Under the pieces are notes generated by a model. That model was not told where the DNA came from. It saw only the letters and a program-made list of their open reading frames with translations, and searched no databases. Shown piece by piece: positions 1 to 10,164 of a stretch of DNA of 64,000 nt. The DNA is from Christensenellaceae bacterium. Lineage in GTDB: Bacteria; Bacillota; Clostridia; Christensenellales; Borkfalkiaceae. Positions within the stretch are counted from its first letter, which is position 1. Every line of letters begins with the position of its first letter. Both the position numbers and the translations under genes were made by a program. The DNA is taken from assembly GCA_045594285.1 (NCBI GenBank), contig JAZNYF010000006.1, positions 177,588 to 241,587 of the forward strand, given 5' to 3'.

Positions 1-71
1 TTATCTATACGGGTTGCACCGTCTAATAAACTATATTCTGTGTGTAAATGTAGATGTACGAAATCTGCCAT
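1..71 (-). CDS. dnaE: DNA polymerase III alpha subunit (DnaE), first 23 codons only; the gene runs off the left edge of the window
   Basis: Minus-strand ATG at 69-71 is followed by MADFVHLHLHTEYSLLDGATRIDK, the PHP-domain N-terminus typical of DnaE. This is my own translation; the ORF is absent from the track because it is truncated. Confidence 0.6.
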   Translation of the reverse strand, partial: MADFVHLHLHTEYSLLDGATRID

Positions 72-82
72 CTTATTCCCCT

Positions 83-1027
83 TTAAAGTTCATTTGCAAT
101 GTTTACTAATTTTCTAAGTCTATGGTTTAAGCAACTCTTCGTTACCCCCAACCTTTCCGCAAGTTCGGTAAGTGTTTCTTCCGGGTAATCTTTTCTAGCC
201 ACTGCAACCTTTCTATCTTCTTCCTTTAAGCCTTCCAACCCGATAGTTTCTATAATCTTATCTATTGCTGTAATTTGTTTTGCAGCCGCTTCTACTTGCT
301 TATTTACGTTTGATATGTCGCAGTTTTTTTGGCGGTTAGACTGGTTAGAAATTTCTCTATTTATAATTAAATCGGTAATTTTAAGCACGGACACAGGTGC
401 GGGTAAAAACGCTAAAAAGTCCTTAATTTCTTCCACGCTCTTAATGTAGAGCACGAAACTTTCTCTGCGCCTAATAATCTTTGGCATCAGCCCGAATTCA
501 GCCAACTTTTCACTTGTTTCAAGCGCGGGTGTGTAGTGTGAAAATGCAAGTTCTAAGTGATACCCAGTGCTAGAATTTTCATTTTCGCTAGGCAGCGTGC
601 AGTGTCCCGCCGCAACGAACAACCCCCTTATAAACGCTCTAAGGCAGCACTCTTTTTCGGTTAAGCGCCCGTAAAACTTTAAGTTTACTGCAAGTTCGCC
701 GTCCGCTTCGGTTACGATGTCGAGAGATTGTAATATTTCAAGAAGTCTATCCCCAGTTACGTTTAAGATAAACTTGTCCTTTTTGTTAAGTCTATCTTCG
801 GCAACTGAAGCTTCCCTAACTTCATAATCAAAAAGGCTTTTTAAGTACTCGGTTACGTAAGACGCTAACTCTTCGCTTGAAACCTTTATTTCAAGCCCGA
901 GTTCGCCGTCCTTTTCATAAATTAGCCCCGAGCCCCTAACAAGCCCCGCAATAAAGGCTATTTTACAGTGGCGCTCTTTTATATTTTTGGAAAAGATTTC
1001 CTTTTTTACGCTATCAACGAAACTCAT
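83..1027 (-). CDS. whiA: DNA-binding sporulation/cell-division regulator WhiA
   Basis: 314 aa with N-terminal MSF..VKKEI..CKIAFIAGLVRGSG (LAGLIDADG-like fold) and a C-terminal HTH (LTELAERLGVTKSCLNHRLRKL). The start overlaps the upstream stop by 1 nt (TAATG). Confidence 0.85.
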   Translation of the reverse strand: MSFVDSVKKEIFSKNIKERHCKIAFIAGLVRGSGLIYEKDGELGLEIKVSSEELASYVTEYLKSLFDYEVREASVAEDRLNKKDKFILNVTGDRLLEILQSLDIVTEADGELAVNLKFYGRLTEKECCLRAFIRGLFVAAGHCTLPSENENSSTGYHLELAFSHYTPALETSEKLAEFGLMPKIIRRRESFVLYIKSVEEIKDFLAFLPAPVSVLKITDLIINREISNQSNRQKNCDISNVNKQVEAAAKQITAIDKIIETIGLEGLKEEDRKVAVARKDYPEETLTELAERLGVTKSCLNHRLRKLVNIANEL

Positions 1028-1803
1028 TATCTATTCTCCTTAAACGCCTTAAAGCGCATGTCGGGGATTTTTCTGTCGATATTTACAATTCTATCTAAAG
1101 GAAAGTTTAATCTTTTAACCATATCGCAAACTAGTGAAATTTCACCCACTCTACTAGGCGAGTGCGCGTCCGAACTTATTAAAAACTTAGCGTTTGTTTT
1201 TGCTAAAATATCACTTAATTCATCGTCGGTTAAATGCACTTTCTTTGAGTTGAGTTCGATATAAGTGCCGTAATCCGCCGCCGCTTTTGCAACTTCTACA
1301 GCGTTAGCAAAACAGCAAAAATTAAGGTGCGTTATAGCGTCAACGGGGTTATTTTTGATAACGTTGATAAAAGTTTTCGTGTTGGTGTCAATCACGCTCT
1401 TAGGAACGCTTTTACTCTTTAGGTAAGTGTGGAAAAGGTCGGGAATTGCAAGCGAAAATATGCTACCAAACTTATAGAGCACGAACTTATGAATACCTGC
1501 TAAAAACACGTCGAAGTCGTCGTAAAACTTTTCTTTTAAGTCAACAGTCCCGTCTGTGCCGATTATGTTTGATTCTATACCTAAAAGTACCTTTACGCCC
1601 GTTTTTTCACTAGCATCCTTTACTAATTCTTTCATTTTGGGAACTTTTGCTGCGGTTACACCAAAAGCAGGGTGCGCAAAACCGTGGTCTGAAATTGCAA
1701 TTTCTTTCAAACCAACTTCTTTTGCCGCTATTGCGTTGTCGATTATTTTACCTTTGCCGTGGCTAAACACGGTGTGCGTATGATAATCTGACGTAAGTAC
1801 CAT
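1027..1803 (-). CDS. PHP-domain phosphoesterase (histidinol-phosphatase family)
   Basis: N-terminal DYHTHTVFSHG metal-binding motif and later SDAHSP; 258 aa. Translationally coupled to murB and whiA. Confidence 0.7.
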   Translation of the reverse strand: MVLTSDYHTHTVFSHGKGKIIDNAIAAKEVGLKEIAISDHGFAHPAFGVTAAKVPKMKELVKDASEKTGVKVLLGIESNIIGTDGTVDLKEKFYDDFDVFLAGIHKFVLYKFGSIFSLAIPDLFHTYLKSKSVPKSVIDTNTKTFINVIKNNPVDAITHLNFCCFANAVEVAKAAADYGTYIELNSKKVHLTDDELSDILAKTNAKFLISSDAHSPSRVGEISLVCDMVKRLNFPLDRIVNIDRKIPDMRFKAFKENR

Positions 1804-2696
1804 TAAAATTCCCCTATTAGTTCGACTTCTTCCGTTAAAGTTATGCCGAACTCTTTTTTTATTTTGTCTTTTATGTAATTGATAAGCAAAAACACGTCGT
1901 TTGCAGTTGCTTTGCCTTCGTTCATTATAAAATTGCCGTGCACGGTCGATATGCTTGCGCCGCCTATCTTTTGTCCCTTTAACCCCGCTAAGTCTATTAA
2001 ATATCCCGCAGTTTTATCTTTTGGGTTTTTGAAAACCGAGCCGCAACTTCTTCCGAGCGGCTGTATACTTTTTCTAATCTCCGCGTAATTTTTAACCGAT
2101 GCGCAAATAACTTCCCTTGCGCTTTCTCGAAAACTAAAGGTTGCGGATACGACTACTTCTTTGCTGCCCAAAAACCTACTTTTGCGGTAACCAAACTTGC
2201 ACTCGTTTTTATCGTAAGTTTTTATCTTTCCACCACAAAGCGTTTGCACTGAAACTACGTGGTCGGAAATATTATTGCCAAAAGCGCCAGCATTCATAAC
2301 GACAGCACCGCCAACCGTTGCGGGTATACCGGATAATGCTTCCATACCGCTGAGTTTATGGTCGATACAAAACTTTGATAGTTTATCTATGGTTGCGCCA
2401 GCCATAACCTTAACGAAATCGCGTGCAAAAAACACGTCGTTTAAGCCTTTAAGTGATATTATAAGCCCTTCAAAACCGCCGTCAGCCACTAAAATATTAG
2501 TGCCGTTGCCGATTACCTTAAAAGGTACTCTATATTCTTTTGCTAATGCCAGCAGTTTGTTTAAGCCGTAAAGCGTGTCTATATAAGCAAAATATTCAGC
2601 GTTTCCCCCCACACCTAGAGAAGTATGCTTTTTCATTTGTTCGCCAAAAGTTACCTTTACTTGCGAAAAGTCAATAAGTTCTTGTTTAAAACCCAT
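1803..2696 (-). CDS. murB: UDP-N-acetylenolpyruvoylglucosamine reductase
   Basis: 297 aa. Contains the FAD-binding block LGVGGNAEYF..VIGNGTNILV and C-terminal GSVFKNP..AGYLID, typical of MurB. Confidence 0.9.
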   Translation of the reverse strand: MGFKQELIDFSQVKVTFGEQMKKHTSLGVGGNAEYFAYIDTLYGLNKLLALAKEYRVPFKVIGNGTNILVADGGFEGLIISLKGLNDVFFARDFVKVMAGATIDKLSKFCIDHKLSGMEALSGIPATVGGAVVMNAGAFGNNISDHVVSVQTLCGGKIKTYDKNECKFGYRKSRFLGSKEVVVSATFSFRESAREVICASVKNYAEIRKSIQPLGRSCGSVFKNPKDKTAGYLIDLAGLKGQKIGGASISTVHGNFIMNEGKATANDVFLLINYIKDKIKKEFGITLTEEVELIGEF

Positions 2697-2742
2697 ATAA
2701 CTCCTTATATCATTTTACTATATTTTAAAATATTTATCAAGA

Positions 2743-3738
2743 TTAAATTAGTATATTTTTTATTTTATTTAAAGCCCCGCTATCCCCTTTTGCTGAAAGC
2801 AAAGATAATTCTTTTAGTTCAAGCAGTTTTTTCTTTTGTGTAAACGCGGAAATTGTTGAAAAATCGTTTAATTTTTGCATATTATATAGCGTTTCGTCCG
2901 CATAATCTACTTGATTAAAACACGAAAACAAACCTATATCACTTAACCTTTTTTGCACGCTTTCACTCAATATAAACTCTAAAAAATTGTTAGCGTAATA
3001 ATTTTTTACTTGGTCAGTTGCTGTAACGGCAGCGTATTGATAAAGATCGCAAAAATTATTTAGCGGTACTGCGTTATATTCCATACCGCGATTATTAAGC
3101 CGATGTATATCGCGCTGGGTTGCTAAAAAATAAGGGCTTTTACCCGCAACGAATTTTATATATGCGTCCATAGGTGATTTAACTTCTATCTCGTCCGCTA
3201 CTATATTTTCAAGCGATAGTGCAATAAGCGGCTGAGTATAAGCCGAAGTTGAAACGAGAAGTTTATCAATTTTGCTCGGCTTTAATTCTTCAGTTAAGTT
3301 CGGGTTAGAAATCAAGGTGTAGCCGCCCCTACACCACGGCACGAAATAGGTTTTATCCCCTATCATTCCGCCTGCAAATTTTTTATCGGTTAAAAGGGTG
3401 CTTGCACCGCTAAGTTCTAAGCCCGCACCGAAAGATATAATATCGGGATATTTGCCGTTTTTAAGGCTGTTTTCCGCCCCTTCTAAAGTATGGTTTGTAA
3501 CCATAATTAGCACACCGTCATTGTTTTTTTCGTACATTGATGCGGTTTTTAACAAAAACTGTCTGCGCGATGAAACGCCACCTTCAAAGGTATCTATTTG
3601 CCAAAAAGTTATTATACCTTTATACTGTGGAATTTCTTCTAATTCCACCCCTTCCGCTATCTTATTTTTACCTATAAATGCGGTGAAAGTGCAAGAAAAA
3701 ATTATTATCACCGCTAATATTATTCGTGCAATTCTCAT
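2743..3738 (-). CDS. Hypothetical membrane-anchored extracytoplasmic protein
   Basis: 331-aa ORF with one N-terminal hydrophobic helix (IILAVIIIFSCTFTAFI). I recognise no catalytic motif. Confidence 0.45.
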   Translation of the reverse strand: MRIARIILAVIIIFSCTFTAFIGKNKIAEGVELEEIPQYKGIITFWQIDTFEGGVSSRRQFLLKTASMYEKNNDGVLIMVTNHTLEGAENSLKNGKYPDIISFGAGLELSGASTLLTDKKFAGGMIGDKTYFVPWCRGGYTLISNPNLTEELKPSKIDKLLVSTSAYTQPLIALSLENIVADEIEVKSPMDAYIKFVAGKSPYFLATQRDIHRLNNRGMEYNAVPLNNFCDLYQYAAVTATDQVKNYYANNFLEFILSESVQKRLSDIGLFSCFNQVDYADETLYNMQKLNDFSTISAFTQKKKLLELKELSLLSAKGDSGALNKIKNILI

Positions 3739-3801
3739 AATAATTATATATTCAAAAAGGAACGAAAAAAGGACTTTCCCACTTGGAAAAGTCCTTTTAC
3801 T

Positions 3802-5043
3802 TTAAATTTTTAATGCAGAGCGTTTTGGCCCAACGGTTGCTGTTGCCGCACTTTCAATATCAAACGACGCATCTATTGCACGCCTTACGTCGTCCAGCGT
3901 GATTTTTTCAATTTTATTTAAGCGCTCGTTTACGTCGTAGAGTTTATTTAGGTAAATCATATACTTACCGTAAAGCATCATTTGTGTTGCGGTGCTTTCC
4001 CTCCCCATAATAAACGCGCTCTTCATTTGTTCTTTGCCGCGGATAAATTCTTGCTCGGTAATGCCTTCTTTCTTAAAGCGTTTAACTTCATCAATAATGG
4101 CGTTTACGGCAAGGTCGCGCTGCTCGGTGTTTACGCCCGCGTAAATCTCTAAAATACCGTTGTCTTTATACTGCGACGCATAGGAGTAAACGCTATAGCA
4201 AAGCCCTAATTCTTCACGTATTTTTTGAAAAAGTCTACTACTCATGCCGCCGCCCAAAACTGTGTTTGCAATAGAAAAAGCGTCGGTCATATCGTCGTGC
4301 ATCGAAAAACCTTTCATTGCAAAACCGATGTGCGTTTGTTCAATGCTTTTCGTTTTATAAAGGTTTTTGTTTTGAAATTCGCCGGCAATAACTTGCGGTG
4401 CGCTTTTTGTTTTTCTAAACTTTGCAGCGAAGTTTTCTTCAACGAACTTTTCCGCCCTATCTATATCCACGTCGCCAGCAAGCGATATAACAACGTTATC
4501 AGCCGTGTAATACTTGTCCATATAATTTAAAACGTCATCACGGGTAAAACGCTTAATGTTTTTTGCAGGACCTAAAATGGTTTGACCAAGCCCGCTATTT
4601 CCGTAATAACTTTCCGCCAAAATATCGAGAAGTAATTCTTCGGGCGTGTCTTCGCTCATATTGATTTCTTCAATAATAACGCCCTTTTCCTTTTCTAATT
4701 CTACGGGGTCAAAAGTAGAATTAAAGAAAATATCAGACAAAATCTCTAAAGATTTTTCCAAGTGTTCACCTGTTGACTTTGTGTAATAACAAGTCATTTC
4801 TTTAGAAGTAAACGCATTGATTTGCGCGCCTATTCTATCTATATGGTCGGAAATTTCAAACGCGGTGCGATTAGAAGTTCCCTTAAACATCACGTGTTCA
4901 ATAAAGTGTGAAATACCGTTTTCTTTTTCGCTTTCGTTAAAACTACCAGTTTTTACTAGTACGCCCGCCGATGCGGAAACGAATCCTTCCATTTTGTTTA
5001 TGACAAGTTTTAAGCCGTTGTCAAACTCTTTATAATGAATCAT
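3802..5043 (-). CDS. M16 family zinc peptidase (MlpA/YmxG-like)
   Basis: HxxEH zinc motif (GISHFIEHVMFKGT); 413 aa. Position matches the rpsO-pnp-ylxY-mlpA synteny known from Bacillus. Confidence 0.85.
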   Translation of the reverse strand: MIHYKEFDNGLKLVINKMEGFVSASAGVLVKTGSFNESEKENGISHFIEHVMFKGTSNRTAFEISDHIDRIGAQINAFTSKEMTCYYTKSTGEHLEKSLEILSDIFFNSTFDPVELEKEKGVIIEEINMSEDTPEELLLDILAESYYGNSGLGQTILGPAKNIKRFTRDDVLNYMDKYYTADNVVISLAGDVDIDRAEKFVEENFAAKFRKTKSAPQVIAGEFQNKNLYKTKSIEQTHIGFAMKGFSMHDDMTDAFSIANTVLGGGMSSRLFQKIREELGLCYSVYSYASQYKDNGILEIYAGVNTEQRDLAVNAIIDEVKRFKKEGITEQEFIRGKEQMKSAFIMGRESTATQMMLYGKYMIYLNKLYDVNERLNKIEKITLDDVRRAIDASFDIESAATATVGPKRSALKI

Positions 5044-5068
5044 ATTTTCTCCGTTATATATAATGTAT

Positions 5069-5782
5069 TTACGCCGATAGGTTTTGGCTTACGGTATAAA
5101 AGTTAAACCCAGCACCCTTTATCTTTTCAATTATTGATGGCAGTGCGGATAAAGTGTGCTCTTTTGGATGCATTAAAATAAAATCACCACTTTCTAAATT
5201 CTTTGTTGCGCGGCTAACTATTAAATTCTTATCACTATCACGCCAGTCAATAGTGTCTTTTGACCACATTATAACCTTATAACCTAACTCATCTGCAACT
5301 TGCAAGGTCGTGTTTGAAAAACTGCCCGATGGCGGTGCAAATAGCGTTGGTTTTGCGCCGCTAAGCGCTTTAACTATTTCGCCTGTCAAGTAAATTTCTT
5401 GGCGATTTCCGTCAAGACTAAGTTTTTTATGGTCTTTGTGAAAATAACCGTGATTACCTATCTCATGACCTTCATTTATAATTCTTTTCAAGGTTTCACC
5501 GTTATCATCCGCCCAACAACCGCCAACGAAAAAGGTTGCCTTTACACCTTGATTTTTAAGTTCATCTAGTATACCGTTTACAACTTTTGTATTTTCGTAA
5601 ACGTTAAACATAAGCGAAACGCTGTTACTTTCTCTATTGCCGTTATATATTGCTTGAACGCCCGCCCCGCTACTAATTGGCACGCTAGTTTCGGGTATAA
5701 AACTTATAGCGTATACCCCGACTAGAATAAGCACCAGCGCAAGATTTATAAATAAAGTCCATTTATTCGTTAGTTTTTTCAT
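5069..5782 (-). CDS. Polysaccharide deacetylase (NodB domain, YlxY-like)
   Basis: N-terminal TM helix, then a NodB-type block (FFVGGCWADDN..GHEIGNHGYFH). Lies downstream of pnp, as ylxY does in Bacillus. Confidence 0.8.
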   Translation of the reverse strand: MKKLTNKWTLFINLALVLILVGVYAISFIPETSVPISSGAGVQAIYNGNRESNSVSLMFNVYENTKVVNGILDELKNQGVKATFFVGGCWADDNGETLKRIINEGHEIGNHGYFHKDHKKLSLDGNRQEIYLTGEIVKALSGAKPTLFAPPSGSFSNTTLQVADELGYKVIMWSKDTIDWRDSDKNLIVSRATKNLESGDFILMHPKEHTLSALPSIIEKIKGAGFNFYTVSQNLSA

Positions 5783-5845
5783 TTTGCCATACCTCTATGC
5801 ATATTGTATGCTTATAAGTTATGGTAAAATTACTTTCAATAGGTT

Positions 5846-5876
5846 AAAAAAAGGTGCAACGGTGTGCACCTTTTTT
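5846..5876. terminator. Bidirectional rho-independent terminator (ends the pnp transcript)
   Basis: GGTGCA/TGCACC stem (5853-5858 / 5865-5870) flanked by an A-run and a T-run. Confidence 0.7.
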
Positions 5877-5959
5877 ATTATTTTGTTGATTTTTAGCCTT
5901 ATAAGTTTAAATCTCTTGTTAAGAATTTAGAAACAAGTTAGATATAACTTTCTAATCTG

Positions 5960-6075
5960 TTTTAAGACATAGATGCAAGTTGCAGTAGGCTCGCGAAGTG
6001 TTTGGGGTGAGATTAACCTTTTTGGTTATCGAAGTCCAAACACAAAGCAGTAACGACCTGCAACGCAGTATATAT
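5960..6075. repeat. Structured intergenic repeat, type A, copy 1 (pnp 3' UTR)
   Basis: Shares TTTTAAGACATAGATGCAAGTT with 31162-31183. Shares GGCTCGCGAAG..GAGATTAACC..AAGTCCAAACACAAAGCAGTAACG with the copies at 29.5 and 31.4 kb. Stem GTGTTTGG/CCAAACAC at 5998-6005 / 6036-6043. Confidence 0.75.
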
Positions 6076-6084
6076 GGCTTAAAA

Positions 6085-8178
6085 TTATTCAACGATTTCT
6101 AAAAGTTTAAGGTCAATACCCTTTTCACCGATTTTGATGATTTCAACTTTTACTTTGTCGCCGATGTGAAGAACTTCTTCAACTGAGTTGATGCGTTTTT
6201 CACTCATCTTGCTGATGTGGATAAGACCGTCCTTGCCAGGAGCGAGTTCACAGAATGCGCCAACCTTGGGAAGAATTCTTACAACTTCACTGATGAACAT
6301 ATCGCCAACTTCAGGATCTTTAGCAATTGAAAGAATAATTGCTTTTGCTCTTTCTGCTTGTGCAGCATCGCCAACGCAAGCAACGTTAACTCTTCCGTCG
6401 TCATCAATGTCAATTTTAACGCCAGTTTCTTCAATAATCTTGTTGATAACTTTACCTTGCTTACCAACAACGTCGCCGATCTTTTCGGGATCAATGTAGA
6501 AAGAAATAATCTTGGGAGCGTACTTAGAAAGTTCTGCTCTGGGCTGATCGATAACTTCAAGCATCTTGTTTAAGATATGTTGTCTACCAACGTTTGCTTG
6601 AGCGATTGCTTGACGAAGAATTTGTTCGTCAATACCCTTAATCTTAATATCCATTTGGATAGCGGTGATACCCTTTTCAGTACCAGCAACCTTAAAGTCC
6701 ATGTCGCCAAGGAAGTCTTCTAAGCCTTGAATATCTGAAAGGATTGAAACCTTACCGCTTTCAGTGTCTTTGATAAGACCCATAGCAATACCAGCAACGG
6801 GGGCTTTAATGGGAACGCCTGCATCCATAAGTGCAAGGGTTGAACCGCATACGCTACCTTGTGAAGTTGAGCCGTTTGAACTCATAACTTCTGAAACGAT
6901 TCTGATTGCGTAAGGGAATTCGTCTTCACTGGGGATAACGGGTTCTAACGCTCTTTCAGCAAGTGCGCCGTGTCCGATTTCACGACGGCCAGGACTTCTT
7001 AAGGGTTTTGCTTCGCCTGATGCGTAACCGGGCATGTTATATTGATGCATATAACGCTTTGCAGATTCACCGTCAAGACCTTCTAACTTTTGTACTTCAG
7101 AAAGCATACCTAAGGTACAAGTTGACATAACTTGAGTCATACCTCTGGTGAATACGCCTGAACCGTGTACTCTGGGAAGAACGCCTGCTTCACACCAAAT
7201 CTTTCTAACTTCATCAAGTTTTCTACCGTCGGGACGGATACCAGTGTTGGTGATTTTTGCTCTAACCTTTTCTTTGGTCATATAGTAAAGAGCATCTTTA
7301 ATTTCTCTGGTTTTGTCGGGATAGATTTCAGCAAAGTGTTCAAGGCACGCCTTTTCAACCTTGTCTTGACCTTCTTGTCTTTCATGACGGTCAAAGGTGT
7401 CGAGTGCGTCGTCAAGCATCTTATCAGCAAATTCTCTAACTGCTGCGTCGATATCTTCGGGAACGTGATAAAGTTCCATTTCTTTCTTGGGTTTGCCGAT
7501 TTCTTTAACGATTTCTTCTTGGAATGCGCAAAGTTTCTTAATTTCTTCATGACCGAATAAGATTGCGCCAACCATTTCGTCATCAGTGATTTCGTTTGCA
7601 CCTGCTTCAACCATCATGATAGCATCCTTAGTACCTGCAAGGTTTAAGGTTAAAACGCTCTTTGCGCGTTGTGCTTCGTCGGGGTTGATAACGTATTCAC
7701 CGTCAACCATACCAACAACTACGCTACCAGTAGGACCAGCAAACGGAATGTCTGAAATGCTGATTGCAATTGAACTACCGATCATAGCCAAAACTTCGGG
7801 TTGAACGTCGGGTTCAACAGATAAAGCGGTTGCGATAACGATTACGTCGTTAAAAAGGCCTTTGGGGAATAACGGACGGATAGGTCTGTCGATAAGTCTT
7901 GAAGTTAAGATTGCCTTATCAGACGCTCTACCTTCCCTTTTCTTAAAGCCGCCGGGAATTTTGCCGATAGAATACATCTTTTCTTCAAAATCTACGCCTA
8001 AGGGGAAGTAATCCATACCGTCTCTGGGGGATGCTGCCATGGTTACGTTAACCATAACTGCAGTTTCACCGCATCTAACAACGCAAGAACCGTTAGTTTG
8101 TTCAGCATACTTGCCGGTTTCAACTACGAGTTCTCTGCCGCCAACGGTGGTCTTAAATACTCTGTAAGTTTCTGTCAT
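6085..8178 (-). CDS. pnp: Polyribonucleotide nucleotidyltransferase (PNPase)
   Basis: 697 aa with two RNase PH domains, KH and a C-terminal S1 domain (GDMFISEVVRILPKVGAFCEL); typical N-terminus ..FKTTVGGRELVVETGKYA. Confidence 0.95.
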   Translation of the reverse strand: MTETYRVFKTTVGGRELVVETGKYAEQTNGSCVVRCGETAVMVNVTMAASPRDGMDYFPLGVDFEEKMYSIGKIPGGFKKREGRASDKAILTSRLIDRPIRPLFPKGLFNDVIVIATALSVEPDVQPEVLAMIGSSIAISISDIPFAGPTGSVVVGMVDGEYVINPDEAQRAKSVLTLNLAGTKDAIMMVEAGANEITDDEMVGAILFGHEEIKKLCAFQEEIVKEIGKPKKEMELYHVPEDIDAAVREFADKMLDDALDTFDRHERQEGQDKVEKACLEHFAEIYPDKTREIKDALYYMTKEKVRAKITNTGIRPDGRKLDEVRKIWCEAGVLPRVHGSGVFTRGMTQVMSTCTLGMLSEVQKLEGLDGESAKRYMHQYNMPGYASGEAKPLRSPGRREIGHGALAERALEPVIPSEDEFPYAIRIVSEVMSSNGSTSQGSVCGSTLALMDAGVPIKAPVAGIAMGLIKDTESGKVSILSDIQGLEDFLGDMDFKVAGTEKGITAIQMDIKIKGIDEQILRQAIAQANVGRQHILNKMLEVIDQPRAELSKYAPKIISFYIDPEKIGDVVGKQGKVINKIIEETGVKIDIDDDGRVNVACVGDAAQAERAKAIILSIAKDPEVGDMFISEVVRILPKVGAFCELAPGKDGLIHISKMSEKRINSVEEVLHIGDKVKVEIIKIGEKGIDLKLLEIVE

Positions 8179-8307
8179 TGTTCTCTCCTATTACAACTCT
8201 ATATATTTTTTGAAACAAAGCTAACCTAGCTTTGCACTAAATTACAAGTTAAAAAAGTTTGAAAATAAGAAAAATTGGGCGACAAAAAAATTATGCCGCC
8301 CTAATTC

Positions 8308-8571
8308 TTACTTTCTCAAATTTAAATCTGCAATAATCTTTCTGTATCTTTCGATATCGATTTCTTGCAAATACTTTAAAAGGCTACGTCTTTCACCAAC
8401 CATTTTCATAAGACCACGTCTTGAGTGGTTATCGTGCTTGTTGGTTTGAAGATGCGCGTTCAAGTGGTTGATTCTTTCGGTGAGAAGTGCGATTTGAACT
8501 TCTGCTGAACCAGTGTCGCCTTCATGACGACCGAACTTTGCTATAATCTCTGCCTTTTTTGCCTTTTCCAT
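8308..8571 (-). CDS. rpsO: 30S ribosomal protein S15
   Basis: [41 protein letters not shown].. Start trimmed to the ATG at 8569-8571, which is preceded by AGGAGGT. The track ORF start at 8622 has no RBS. Confidence 0.95.
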   Translation of the reverse strand: MEKAKKAEIIAKFGRHEGDTGSAEVQIALLTERINHLNAHLQTNKHDNHSRRGLMKMVGERRSLLKYLQEIDIERYRKIIADLNLRK

Positions 8572-8787
8572 AATGTTTTTACCTCCTATAATTAATGGAA
8601 TAATTCGCTTTAAACAAAGCAAAGGGTGGAGAACCGCTAAACTTTGCCTAAAGTATCAGCCTACTTAGTATACCAAATAAATTCGCTTTTGTAAACTGTT
8701 TTTAACGCTATTATTAATTATTTATAATTAAAACGACCACTTTTTTGCGTAAATTCCGCTCTAAAGTGGTCATTTCGTTTTTACGTT

Positions 8788-10164
8788 TTACTCTAAAGAA
8801 AACAGTTGCTCTTTTTTACGCTTGATTTCTTCTATCTTATTTAGGTAAGTTACAACGTCTTTTGGCGATGCTGCGCGCTCTATCCTTTCGCCGCCGTTAA
8901 ACACCTTTTTGCTTATAGCGTTTGCGCCGCACGCTACGTTACAAGCAATTTCTTCCATAATATCGATATTGTACACACACGCTTTATTCGGCTTTGTGTA
9001 ACCTACGTTTTCTAAGTTACCAGCCATATATTTTTGTCTATACATATAATACGGCGCGTACCCCGCGTTTTTGAGTGCTTCAGCCGCATAATCAACCATT
9101 TGTGAAACGACTTCGCCCGATAATCTGCTTTCGGTTTCCGCAAGATACGACCCCCTTTTAATACAAAGGGTATGAACAGTAATGTTGTCGGGTGAAAGTT
9201 CAATAGCCTTGTCTATGCTCGCTTTAAAATCTTCAAAGGTTTCACCTTCTAAACCAGCAATCAAGTCCATATTGATAGAAAAATAATTTTTAGCAAGGTT
9301 GTATTTTTCTATGAGTTGCTCCGCAGTGTGATGTCTACCCAACTTTTCAAGCGTTACGTTAGAAAAGGTTTGCGGATTTATGCAAATTCTAGTAACGCCG
9401 TGCTTTTTAAGTATTTTAAGATTACTTTCAGTAATTCTATCAGGTCTACCCGCTTCCACGGTATATTCAACACCAGTGTTCACGCTATCAATTGCGCATA
9501 AAACCTTTTCCAACTGTTCGTCGGAAAGCGCAACGGGCGTTCCCCCGCCGATATAAATACTGCGCAAATTCTTAACGAATTTTTTGCTAAAGTTTATTTC
9601 ATCGATTAGCGTGTCCACATACGTATCCACGTGCTTTTGTGCGCTCTTAATATCCGCGCTTATAAAAGAACAATACTTACATCTTGACGGACAAAAGGGA
9701 ATAAACACGAAAAAGTCGGTGTTAGCGTCGTTCTTTTCATAAATTCCTTTTTGGGTATCAATTATCGCTTTAGTAAGCGCAGTTTTTTCGGGACTAACTT
9801 TCATCGTGTCAATAAAGAACTCGGTAAAGTCCCCTTGCTTTTCAATTTGTTGATAAGCAAGTTTCGTTGGTCTTATGCCCGTAAGTGCGCCCCACGGCAA
9901 TTCTTTTCCTAAATGCTTAGATAAGCCTTTGTAAAGCGAAAGTTTAGCGTACCTTTTAACAAGGCGCTTTCTTTCAATCTCTCCGTCAATATTTTTTACC
10001 AAGTTTCCATAAGCGTACACCTTGCCGTCAAGCGTTATGGTATTAACGAATTTGGTATCATTTTCACTGAAACGGTGTCGGATTTTGATGACATCAGCAC
10101 TATCAAATAGGTTGACAACTTCTCTTAATTCGCTTTCTAAATATTCTAAATTAGTATCAATCAT
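8788..10164 (-). CDS. Radical SAM protein, HemZ/HemN-like (oxygen-independent coproporphyrinogen dehydrogenase family)
   Basis: CPSRCKYCSF CxxxCxxC cluster motif; 458 aa with an N-terminal extension. Confidence 0.75.
   Translation of the reverse strand: MIDTNLEYLESELREVVNLFDSADVIKIRHRFSENDTKFVNTITLDGKVYAYGNLVKNIDGEIERKRLVKRYAKLSLYKGLSKHLGKELPWGALTGIRPTKLAYQQIEKQGDFTEFFIDTMKVSPEKTALTKAIIDTQKGIYEKNDANTDFFVFIPFCPSRCKYCSFISADIKSAQKHVDTYVDTLIDEINFSKKFVKNLRSIYIGGGTPVALSDEQLEKVLCAIDSVNTGVEYTVEAGRPDRITESNLKILKKHGVTRICINPQTFSNVTLEKLGRHHTAEQLIEKYNLAKNYFSINMDLIAGLEGETFEDFKASIDKAIELSPDNITVHTLCIKRGSYLAETESRLSGEVVSQMVDYAAEALKNAGYAPYYMYRQKYMAGNLENVGYTKPNKACVYNIDIMEEIACNVACGANAISKKVFNGGERIERAASPKDVVTYLNKIEEIKRKKEQLFSLE

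Noticed and set aside
5960-6075. Riboswitch or T-box interpretation of the repeats
   Set aside because: The elements lie downstream of stop codons rather than in 5' leaders. They occur after functionally unrelated genes, and I see no recognisable riboswitch core.
6188-7804. Antisense and alternative-frame ORFs inside pnp. The same applies elsewhere, for example 1556-1783, 2275-2571, 11714-12003, 15042-15515, 16154-16938, 23051-23525, 25047-25419, 26142-26467, 29646-30091, 32288-32647, 44499-44900, 50998-51288, 58347-58679 and 62007-62576.
   Set aside because: They lie wholly within strongly supported genes on the opposite strand or in another frame. They lack RBS sequences and have low-complexity or biased composition, so I treat them as spurious.
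8572-8622. N-terminal extensions in track ORFs: rpsO 8622, secD 17322, chrA 21205, mtlD-like 23728, AraC 26600, SIS 32092, nrdD 35580, dinB 43805, 43799, LRR paralogs 52326 and 54804, nadE 59725
   Set aside because: In each case an internal ATG with a proper GGAGG-like RBS (or a promoter directly upstream) matches the conserved family N-terminus. The extensions are read-through of upstream non-coding sequence.
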